From an uncultured Candidatus Berkelbacteria bacterium (GTDB lineage: Bacteria; Patescibacteriota; UBA1384; UBA12157), in contig CAIRFN010000012.1 in NCBI GenBank assembly GCA_903877885.1, positions 1 to 44,842 of the forward strand: DNA of 44,842 bases, in the 5' to 3' direction. The notes beneath the pieces were generated by a model. That model was not told where the DNA came from. It did not search any database and saw nothing but the letters and a program-made list of their open reading frames with translations. Both the position numbers and the translations under genes were made by a program. Shown in pieces: positions 36,803 to 44,842 of this stretch (the stretch's first letter is position 1; every line of letters begins with the position of its first letter).

Positions 36803-36902
36803 TTTTGCCTCCACGATTTATTTTTTATTAATTTCATCATAGCAAAATATTTATTTTTATAACAGAGCGGACTGAAAAACCCAGATTGCTCTGGGTATAA
36901 AG

Positions 36903-37379
36903 TTACTTGTTTTCGTCAGTTGGCTCAACATTAGCGAATCTGGAACTATCATCTTCCATGGGTGTTTCAATTTCTGGCGCTGATTCTTGCAATTTTTCTA
37001 GACTAAGATAATTTGAGGCGCCAATTATTCCGGCAATGATGGAAATAATAATCCAGCCTAAAAAAAGATAAACAATCCAATTTGGCTGAAATATTCCAAT
37101 AATTAAAGCAAAAACTCCACAACCGCATAGCCATTTGTAAAAAATACACCAACTACCTTCAGTTTCTTCCCAATCATTGAAAAACCAATAACAAAGATAG
37201 CAAATAAAAGTCAAATAAAAACAGGAAAAAAGAAATGGATTGATTGGCTGGGTTTCCATATTCTGACTAATTAGTCGTAAATTATAGTTAAATGCCGGGG
37301 AGTAGTAAGAAAAAATTCCTACCAAAACCATGGAGATAGCAAAGCAAAGCACTATTGACGCAAAAATACGACGGCCCAT
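36903..37379 (-). CDS. Membrane protein (about 4 TM, acidic tail)
   Basis: Hydrophobic segments; GGGGG RBS. Confidence 0.75.
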   Translation of the reverse strand: MGRRIFASIVLCFAISMVLVGIFSYYSPAFNYNLRLISQNMETQPINPFLFSCFYLTFICYLCYWFFNDWEETEGSWCIFYKWLCGCGVFALIIGIFQPNWIVYLFLGWIIISIIAGIIGASNYLSLEKLQESAPEIETPMEDDSSRFANVEPTDENK

Positions 37380-37460
37380 TTTACACCCCCTGTTAATAAA
37401 GATTGCCTTCGAATAAAGTATAGGCTTGTAAATTAAATTTGCAATTTCGTCAAGAGATTG

Positions 37461-37763
37461 CTATTTTTCTGCTTTAAAACCGATTTGTCGTTCGGCTTCG
37501 TCCTTCATTTTAGTCGTCAATTTTATTTCACCAAAATTGCTTTCGTATTGTTTAATTTGATTAGCTAAAATTTCGGAAAAAACTTTGGCATGTTGCGGAC
37601 TCATGGCAATCCGCGATAAAACTCGAGTAGTTTTCATCTGCGGTAAAATCTGCATAAAATCAAAAGTTAAACCAAACGGACCGAAGTTGGTTAAAACTTG
37701 ATCGCAAAACTTGGCATCAATTTTATCTTGGTCAATATTCACATTCATTTGATCTTGATTCAT
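37461..37763 (-). CDS. DUF3467-like protein
   Basis: FDF.Q..P, SRIAMSPQHAK, YE..FG.I. Confidence 0.8.
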   Translation of the reverse strand: MNQDQMNVNIDQDKIDAKFCDQVLTNFGPFGLTFDFMQILPQMKTTRVLSRIAMSPQHAKVFSEILANQIKQYESNFGEIKLTTKMKDEAERQIGFKAEK

Positions 37764-37861
37764 TTTTTATCCTTGATTTTATCTTTAAATTTATCTTACC
37801 ACAAATATTTTGTATTAAAAAAGGACCGGAGTGAACCGATCCTTGAATTTGGATGTTTGTA

Positions 37862-38878
37862 TTATTGGAGGGCGATGTAGCCCATCAGATCTTTTGCGCT
37901 GGCGCAACCATCATCAGTCAGATATTGTGAGAAAAGATCAACGCAATTTTTTCGAGTGATAATATTGCGCAGATACATTTCCTGTAAAACCGCAAAAGTT
38001 GGATTAAAAGTTTCGCTAGGCGCAAAAGTCGGATCCAGTCCAATAATTTGGCAAGACTTTGGACTAGTGATATTAATCGCTAGAGCCGGTGTGTGCCAAC
38101 TCATTGGATAATATGTCGGAATTAGATAGAGATTGTCATATTGACCAGGATAAATCGATTTGATTTCCTGTGAGACTATCACCATAAAATCAACATAATG
38201 GCGACAAACGACTTCGTGATAACCAGTGATAAGCTTATCAGCCGAGATGCCATCAACCGAAACAAAACCTTCTTTGAATTTTTTAGTATCGCCAAGACAG
38301 AAATGGAAATCACCGGTGATTGGCTCATAGTGTTGCCAGGTTAAACTTGCTCGACTATAAACCAAATGATGATTTACGATTTTCTGGCAAATATTTACAA
38401 ATTCGGTCTGCCGATTATTATGTTTTACATTTACTAAATATTGGTCGACTTCACATTTAATTACATTCCGAAAATGTATTGGGCAAAGTGGCGCGCTAAC
38501 CCAAGTTAGCCCTGGACTTTTAAGCGCCTTCAGCAGATTGCTATCGATCTTAATTTTCTGATCAATATAATCCGAACTGAATTTTGCCAATGTAACAATA
38601 CATGTTTGACCAACCTTAATTTTACTACCATTTACTTGCTTCACGATCGTGAGCTTACTACTCGTAAATTGATTGTTATTTTCAACTCTAACTTTTGTCT
38701 TTATTTGCCGAGCTACAACATTATAATTAAACCAAGAACAATGAATCAAGCAATTATTTATAAGTAGAATAATGATAATAAAACTAATAATCACTGAAAT
38801 AAACAAATGAAATAATCTGACATATGTTTTATTAAATGTCTGACGAAAATCAACTGCTTGCGTGTCTAGTAAATACAT
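37862..38878 (-). CDS. Membrane-anchored protein with possible transglutaminase-like Cys-His-Asp domain
   Basis: TM near N-terminus; VCRHY...WHT...LDPT; start at ATG after GGAGGT. Confidence 0.6.
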   Translation of the reverse strand: MYLLDTQAVDFRQTFNKTYVRLFHLFISVIISFIIIILLINNCLIHCSWFNYNVVARQIKTKVRVENNNQFTSSKLTIVKQVNGSKIKVGQTCIVTLAKFSSDYIDQKIKIDSNLLKALKSPGLTWVSAPLCPIHFRNVIKCEVDQYLVNVKHNNRQTEFVNICQKIVNHHLVYSRASLTWQHYEPITGDFHFCLGDTKKFKEGFVSVDGISADKLITGYHEVVCRHYVDFMVIVSQEIKSIYPGQYDNLYLIPTYYPMSWHTPALAINITSPKSCQIIGLDPTFAPSETFNPTFAVLQEMYLRNIITRKNCVDLFSQYLTDDGCASAKDLMGYIALQ

Positions 38879-39079
38879 AATGCACCTCCAATTTTTCAAG
38901 TTCATTCGCCTAAGGCGAACGATTAACCATACCATATAAATCGACTTTAGTCAAGAGAAAATTGCGCAATAAATTGGGTTTTCTCTTTTAAATTTGACAA
39001 AATATTGTTATTTGATAAAGATTAAATTATCTCGTTCTTGAACAATCAAAAGATCGCGCAGATCAAAAGGAGGAAGGTC

Positions 39080-40138
39080 ATGAAAACCATCCGTTTAGTT
39101 TTAATAACTCTGGTTTTGTTTCCTCTTTCAGGATTAACAAAGCCGTCTGTCAAACCGCCAATAGTACCATCCGCTTTTGAAGAAGTTAAAACCGTTAAAA
39201 TGATTTCTTCGAGCTCGCCAAGATTTTCCGATGAATATGGCTATTTGCAAACCAAAATTATATTCACCCTTGTTTCTGGGAAAATTGAATTTCAATTTGC
39301 AACCGATTTATATTGCGAAAAAAATCCGTTAGCTTTTCAAGTTAATAATTCGCCAATTGTTCAATTCGTTTTTCTAGATAAAATCAAAAATATGACCAAA
39401 CAACCGGACGGTCTGTGGCAAATAAATCTTAATGACAGTTCAAATTTTTCTGGCTCATGGCGGCTGAATCAGCCTTTGTCGTTTATTCGCGACAATGATA
39501 GCCCGCATGTTTTTCAAATCGGACCAAATAAAAAAAGTTCAGTCATTATGATTAGTGATATTTTATCAATTGATTTTTCGGTAGCAAAAATTGCACCGCA
39601 AAAACCATTTGATTATTTATATCACGGTGGACCAATAACAATTCTTCTTAAAGATAATACGACTTTAAAAACAGATGAAGGCCATATTGTTGATTTCTGT
39701 GATTTGCGGAAAGACCCAAGCATTCCAAAAATCGAAAAACCCAAAAAATATAGGCGAAGACCAATTGAATATATTAGACAATTTAGCAGTCTAGTAAATA
39801 AAAACGATGGCCTTGACTGGAGTTTTAAAACCCTACCAAACTTCACTCATATAAATACAAGCTTCTTTGAATTAGTTCCTTGTTATATGATAGATTCGAT
39901 CGAATTTACGGGAAATTATAGCCATTTATGGAAAAATTCTCGGGAGATTATTCTAAAATACCGTTTCGATGATAAGAAAGTTGTCAAAACAAATCTCTAT
40001 TTGGAAAGTGACAGCATGCAAGACTTTCTAAATTCTAGCCGCAATCCAGCTAACGATCTATTGGTTGGTCAAACTTCCTATGGCCAGTTTGCTGTTAGAC
40101 TCGACAATGTTAAAAAAATTACTTTCGAACTACCCTAA
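39080..40138 (+). CDS. Hypothetical exported protein
   Basis: AAGGAGG RBS; signal-peptide-like MKTIRLVLITLVLFPLSGL. Confidence 0.8.
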   Translation: MKTIRLVLITLVLFPLSGLTKPSVKPPIVPSAFEEVKTVKMISSSSPRFSDEYGYLQTKIIFTLVSGKIEFQFATDLYCEKNPLAFQVNNSPIVQFVFLDKIKNMTKQPDGLWQINLNDSSNFSGSWRLNQPLSFIRDNDSPHVFQIGPNKKSSVIMISDILSIDFSVAKIAPQKPFDYLYHGGPITILLKDNTTLKTDEGHIVDFCDLRKDPSIPKIEKPKKYRRRPIEYIRQFSSLVNKNDGLDWSFKTLPNFTHINTSFFELVPCYMIDSIEFTGNYSHLWKNSREIILKYRFDDKKVVKTNLYLESDSMQDFLNSSRNPANDLLVGQTSYGQFAVRLDNVKKITFELP

Positions 40139-40141
40139 CTT

Positions 40142-40197
40142 CCCGCCTCGCCGGCGGGTTTTTTATATAAAAAAGCCCCGTTTAGTAAAACGAGGCT
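40142..40197. terminator. Back-to-back terminators of convergent genes
   Basis: CCCGCC-TCGCC-GGCGGG-TTTTTT (+) and AAAAAGCCCCGTTT...AAACGAGGCT (-). Confidence 0.7.
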
Positions 40198-40214
40198 GTG
40201 GATATCTTTGATAG

Positions 40215-41531
40215 TTAGATTTTTGGAATACCTTGATGGTAACGAAAACCACCATAAAGTAATCCTAATTTATACAAAATATTTTTGGCGCGCATTGAGC
40301 GAGCAAAAACATGATCCAGACGAGTAAAATCAACGTAAGCTTTACGCCATAATTGACGCCGAACTTCCGGTGATAAATTATGAATAAGCGTCGGGTGAGC
40401 GCCATCATAATTTTCCCAGTTTTCAAAACCTTGGTCGATTATTCGATTTTCGCGTAAGGCTTTTTTACGCATCGTGCAACCCGGAAGAGCGGCCACCAAA
40501 GAAAATTGGGCAAAATCGAGCCATTCGGTAGCCCAAGCAATCATTTCTTCGGTTTCCTCAATTGTTTCGTCGCCAAAGGCATCGATAATTAATGCGCCAA
40601 TAGTAATAATCCCAACTCGGCGACATTCTTTAATCGCAATCTCGGCAATTGCCCGACTACTTTTATCGGCACTCACTCTTCGAGTTACACTTTCGAGACC
40701 AAAATATAGTAGTCGACAACCGGCTCTAGCCATTTGACCGATCAGTGGTTCGCCAACTTCTAGCCCCAAAGCATCGGCCACAGAAATTTCTGTACCCCAA
40801 TGTTTATTCGTTCGAGTATAAAGAGGCAAAACAGTTTCAATTACATAATCACGATTTCCGGCAAAGGAATCAGCCGTGTCTAAGTAAAATGACCCATGAA
40901 TCTGATTAAGATCTTCTTCTAAGACGGCTGGTTCTTTAAAATAGTAACCGCGACCACCAACTGTACACCACGGACAATTTAAATTGCAGCCTTCAGAGCT
41001 GCGTAAAGTGTTGCCGGCAAAGTACCGACTTGGTTCGATTAAATCCCGCTTTGGCAGAATCAGTTGTGATGATTCAGTTGGCGGCAGTATATAATTGGCT
41101 TTTAAATTTTTTGATTCGGCATCAGCCAATATTTCCGCCATTAAATTTACATTTAGAGTTGTGGTGCAAACAGACGGAAAATTCTCATGAATCTGACTTA
41201 AACCATTTTCTTCACGAGCCCAACCAATAATATCACGACCACCGGCAACAAATGGCACTCCAACTACTTGCGCCGTTCTAGCAATATCGATTGCCCTGTA
41301 ACGCGACGGCGTTAAAAATGTCAGAGCCAGCAAATCAGAACATTGAATTAATCCCAAAGGAATTTCACCTTGAACTGATTCATCCCAAGCGATGATTTCA
41401 CATTTAGGATTTGCGATTTTAATCATCGCGCCAATCTCCGTTAAAGCGCCCGGCGCCATCCATGGTTTATGAATATGAGCAAGCTCGCTTTTTACTACTG
41501 AACTCACGATCGTGATTCGAGTCATAACCAA
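40215..41531 (-). CDS. B12-binding-domain radical SAM protein
   Basis: N-terminal Rossmann-like domain (VAGG), GCNLNCPWC, FGLES, LPG, YDG. Confidence 0.88.
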   Translation of the reverse strand: MVMTRITIVSSVVKSELAHIHKPWMAPGALTEIGAMIKIANPKCEIIAWDESVQGEIPLGLIQCSDLLALTFLTPSRYRAIDIARTAQVVGVPFVAGGRDIIGWAREENGLSQIHENFPSVCTTTLNVNLMAEILADAESKNLKANYILPPTESSQLILPKRDLIEPSRYFAGNTLRSSEGCNLNCPWCTVGGRGYYFKEPAVLEEDLNQIHGSFYLDTADSFAGNRDYVIETVLPLYTRTNKHWGTEISVADALGLEVGEPLIGQMARAGCRLLYFGLESVTRRVSADKSSRAIAEIAIKECRRVGIITIGALIIDAFGDETIEETEEMIAWATEWLDFAQFSLVAALPGCTMRKKALRENRIIDQGFENWENYDGAHPTLIHNLSPEVRRQLWRKAYVDFTRLDHVFARSMRAKNILYKLGLLYGGFRYHQGIPKI

Positions 41532-41662
41532 CCAACCTTTCTCTAGAAATATCTAGAAGACGACCAAACTATGACGTTTGGTAAAGTTTTGAAGTTGCGT
41601 TTCAATGTATTGATTTTACTCCTGATAGAAGTTAATGTCAATCAGAATTTGAGTTCAAATAT

Positions 41663-43072
41663 TTAGTGTTTAAAACTTTTTTTATGTTTTTTTGGTTTTA
41701 ATTCCAGTGTTCGCAAGACACCGCCACAAAAAATCAGAAAACTGTCGTGCATTTTTTTAAGTTCAATTTTAGAAATATTAGCAAATAATTTTTGCACCGC
41801 TTGTGAATCATTCCGAAGTTCTAAATCTTTTTTCAAAACTTCTTCGTCAACTTTAAAAGCGCGATCATTCCAACCTAAAATATAGATTCCGGCTAAGCGC
41901 CGTACTCGCGATAAAGCCACATAGCCTTGACCGAATTCAAAAACTTTAGATAAATCGATCACTGCCTCATCCAAACTAATCCCCTGACTTTTGTGAACTG
42001 TTATTGCCCAAGCTAACCGTAAGGGTAATTGGGTTAAACGGCCTTTAACTTTCCCATCTTCTTCCACTGTCCAATCGGCTTCGCTGACTGTAATTTTTCG
42101 ACCATTGCGCAATTTGACAATTGGCAGTTCGGTATCATTATCAAAGCCTTCGACTATTCCCAAAGTGCCATTAACATAACCTTCTTTGGCATTATTTTTG
42201 GTAAACATGATTGATGCGCCAATTTTTAAAAATAAACTTTCTGGGCTTAAACAACCTTTTTTCATCACCGCCACAAGCGCTTCGTGACCACGTGTTGTCA
42301 TGGGAAAAAAGTGCGCTTCTTGATCAATTTTGCTAAGTTCACGATCATTAACTTGGTCAACATCAAAGTTGTGCGAATAAAGTTTTGGTGCTTGTGCTGG
42401 CGCTAACGAAATATCCATTTGTCTTTTTTTGATATGCGATAGCGACAAATCGTCAAAACTATTGCTGCGAATTTTATTTAACAATTTTAAAAAATCTGGG
42501 TCGTCTTGTCGATGTTGTTCGGTTAAATAACAGGTCGCAAATTCGGCCTGGCGCCACGTGGCCGATTCATAGGCAAATTTCCCCGGCGCTTCCTCAAATA
42601 AATTTTCTTGCGAATATTCCTGTGTTACTCGTTTTTTAACCGGCGGTAATTGAAAAAAATCACCAACTAAAACAACTTGCAAACCGCCGAACGGTTGTTT
42701 AGCTTTTTTTATTTCTCGGCAAATCGAATCAATCATTTGTAGAGTTTCCGGCGGTAACATTGAAATTTCATCAATAATTAAAACTTTAGCTTTACCTACA
42801 CGTTTGCTTACATAGTCGTTGTTCGTAATGTTGCTTAACTCTGCTTTCGACAATCGGTTTTTAATGCCAATACCACTCCACGAATGGACGGTCATACCAC
42901 CAATGTGAGTGGCGGCAATACCGGTCGAAGCAGTAATAGCCGGTTCGATACCATGAGAATGTAAATAAGACACATACTGATTAATTGTATATGTTTTACC
43001 ACTGCCCGGTTCGCCAGTTAAAAAAACATTGGCCCCGGTTTTTAAAATATCGAGCGCTTCATTTTGAGTCAT
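41663..43072 (-). CDS. PIF1-family DNA helicase
   Basis: GEPGSGKT, DEISM, GDFFQLPPV, LAWAITVHKSQG, YVALSR. Confidence 0.95.
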   Translation of the reverse strand: MTQNEALDILKTGANVFLTGEPGSGKTYTINQYVSYLHSHGIEPAITASTGIAATHIGGMTVHSWSGIGIKNRLSKAELSNITNNDYVSKRVGKAKVLIIDEISMLPPETLQMIDSICREIKKAKQPFGGLQVVLVGDFFQLPPVKKRVTQEYSQENLFEEAPGKFAYESATWRQAEFATCYLTEQHRQDDPDFLKLLNKIRSNSFDDLSLSHIKKRQMDISLAPAQAPKLYSHNFDVDQVNDRELSKIDQEAHFFPMTTRGHEALVAVMKKGCLSPESLFLKIGASIMFTKNNAKEGYVNGTLGIVEGFDNDTELPIVKLRNGRKITVSEADWTVEEDGKVKGRLTQLPLRLAWAITVHKSQGISLDEAVIDLSKVFEFGQGYVALSRVRRLAGIYILGWNDRAFKVDEEVLKKDLELRNDSQAVQKLFANISKIELKKMHDSFLIFCGGVLRTLELKPKKHKKSFKH

Positions 43073-43088
43073 TTTTAAATTTTAGTTT

Positions 43089-43343
43089 CTATTTATCACC
43101 AAGTTTTAAATATATCAATAAAATCGCGCCAAGTAAATTAATAGCATTGGCAATAATTACCGCCCAATCATGAATATGAATTCCATAAATAAGCCATATC
43201 AAACAACCCAAAGCAACTAGTAGAGCAAAGCCAAACGACAAGTCACGAACTTTTTTTGTTTTAAATGATTGATAAACTTGCGGAAAAAGTTGCACCGCAG
43301 TGAGTACTACGGCAAAGCCAGCCACAATTGTCCAAATATCCAA
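43089..43343 (-). CDS. SemiSWEET/PQ-loop family transporter
   Basis: FPQ...DLS, WLIYG, IIAN; 3 TM. Confidence 0.9.
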   Translation of the reverse strand: MDIWTIVAGFAVVLTAVQLFPQVYQSFKTKKVRDLSFGFALLVALGCLIWLIYGIHIHDWAVIIANAINLLGAILLIYLKLGDK

Positions 43344-43377
43344 TTTTTCTCCTAATTAGATTTATTTATTTTACCTA

Positions 43378-43479
43378 CAGCCCACTTCGGAAGTGGGATA
43401 TATGGTTCATAAATAATATTATCTTTATGATTCAATACAGTCAAACCTTAAAAGTACACTTCCGAAGTGGGCTATGGTT
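43378..43479. mobile_element. Second 102-bp family C composite element
   Basis: Same arms and 33-bp core length as 36143..36244, different core sequence. Confidence 0.6.
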
Positions 43480-43956
43480 TATCATTAGCCGCATTAGATA
43501 GGTGTCTTTAAAACCATTATAATGCTTCTTTGCGATTTTACAAAACCCAACTTTTTCATAGCAACGAATCGCTCGAGGATTATCGGTATTTACTTCCAAT
43601 TCCAAAGCTTCTTCATCAGGATGATTTTTCGTAAACCACTCAACTGCCAAATTAAGGGCAATTGTACCAATACCTTTGCCCCAATAATCTTTTTCACCAA
43701 TGGCTGTGTCAATCATAAAATAGCGCTTACGATTATTTTCTTTAATCCGAATATGACCAATCGGCTTACAATCCACTTCAATAATAAATTCGGCATTATT
43801 TTGGTCAACTAAATTTTCGGCGATCATTTCGTCAATTTCTTTATTTGTCAAAATTTCCGTCACTTGAGCGGTCAATGCCCGAATTTCCAAATCATTCCAC
43901 CAAGCGTAAAATAAGTTTTTGTCAGCCAAAGTTAGCGGTCGAATAGTAATATTCAT
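43441..43956 (-). CDS. GNAT acetyltransferase (RimJ/RimL-like)
   Basis: YWGKGIGT, NPRAIRCYEKVGF; start likely ATG 43956 just after TTGCTA-N17-TAGAAT. Confidence 0.9.
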   Translation of the reverse strand: MNITIRPLTLADKNLFYAWWNDLEIRALTAQVTEILTNKEIDEMIAENLVDQNNAEFIIEVDCKPIGHIRIKENNRKRYFMIDTAIGEKDYWGKGIGTIALNLAVEWFTKNHPDEEALELEVNTDNPRAIRCYEKVGFCKIAKKHYNGFKDTYLMRLMINHSPLRKCTFKV

Positions 43957-44064
43957 TGAGTTCATTCTACTCGCTAAATATTTATTTAGCAAAGATTAAA
44001 TTTATTTTCACTAAAACGTTGTTCGTGAGTTAATTAAAAACCACCTTTTTACAGGTGGTAGAAG

Positions 44065-44625
44065 TTAGTTCACAGGCAAGTTATCAGAATTAATTAGAAT
44101 TTCGAAAGTTTGCTTCATTGTTTTATCTGAAGTTAATTTTATTCCCAATTCCAATTCTCTCATTTTCTTTAAAAATTCTTCTTTAAATTCTTCTAAAACA
44201 TCAGGATAATTTAAATCGTAAACAATAATACAAAACTTATCATTACTTTCACCCACCCAAACAGACCATTTATGCCCCACAGCATTAAATTCATTGACTA
44301 AGTTGGTGATATATTTTTTAAACTCGTTAAACGAAGTAAATTCTTCACCAACTTGATTTCTAAGAAAATCGATAAAATCATCTGGCCAACATTGTCCATA
44401 ACGAGTGAATGTTTTAGCGATTTTTCTGATTAGACGATCATGTTTTTCGGCAGAAAGTTGCAAATCTAAATCAGAATAATAAGCTAGACGATCAGTTAAA
44501 TCGTCTAATTGTCCATAGATTTGCTCGGATAATGATTCTTCATCATTAACTTTGATCTTCAGTAAATCGGTTGCAATTAAATCCAACCAATCAGCCGGTG
44601 TGCGAAGTTTGTATTCCGGAAGCAT
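44065..44625 (-). CDS. Hypothetical protein
   Basis: AAGGAGG RBS; acidic, helical; followed by ACCACCT/AGGTGGT hairpin with T run. Confidence 0.75.
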   Translation of the reverse strand: MLPEYKLRTPADWLDLIATDLLKIKVNDEESLSEQIYGQLDDLTDRLAYYSDLDLQLSAEKHDRLIRKIAKTFTRYGQCWPDDFIDFLRNQVGEEFTSFNEFKKYITNLVNEFNAVGHKWSVWVGESNDKFCIIVYDLNYPDVLEEFKEEFLKKMRELELGIKLTSDKTMKQTFEILINSDNLPVN

Positions 44626-44842
44626 CATTGAAGTTCCTCCTTAAATTGTCAAAGTAATTCTGATTATACCAGCTTACTTTAAACAAATCAAGGTTCGACT
44701 ATGCAGAAGTTGAGATACATCGGTAATACCCCTAATATTATATTTGAGGTATCCGATGAACAAAAAACTTCCAGCTAGCCTGCTTCATTATTTTAGATCC
44801 AAGCCAATTATTCTAATGAATAAATACGAGCGGTGGAAAAAG

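Noticed and set aside
1170-43812. Numerous short ORFs antisense or out of frame within identified genes (e.g. 2240..2542, 9497..9760, 25745..26020, 31902..32246, 33961..34266)
   Set aside because: Shadow ORFs of well-supported genes with no RBS or motifs

Overview
AT-rich bacterial chromosome segment in the standard genetic code. Gene content and style (short PheS, RpoA without alpha-CTD, PaaX-like regulator, DUF5674/DUF3467-like genes, serine recombinase running into a tRNA) suggest a Patescibacteria/CPR genome; this is inference, no database was searched. Housekeeping blocks: tRNA-Ala, leuS-rpmF-nusB-rnc, rbfA-pheS-pheT, and secY-adk-map-infA-rpmJ-rpsM-rpsK-rpsD-rpoA-rplQ-rplM-rpsI. Accessory regions lie at about 12-24 kb (msrAB, SDR, a type I R-M operon carrying three extra genes, a DpnI-like nuclease) and 34.7-44.8 kb. 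The most unusual structure is at the left end: a large serine recombinase enclosed by a perfect 136-bp inverted repeat whose outer ends are the tRNA's CCACCA. Flipping the segment would keep the tRNA intact, swap the recombinase C-terminus (WWT* versus WWCVLFKARTIFEENSQ*) and place the gene downstream of the tRNA promoter. Other highlights: a HEPN-motif gene bracketed by a duplicated hsdS 5' end, a ~190-aa domain plus an in-frame palindromic repeat inside LeuRS, two 102-bp palindrome-promoter-palindrome elements, local G-skewed patches, and small genes missed by the ORF track.
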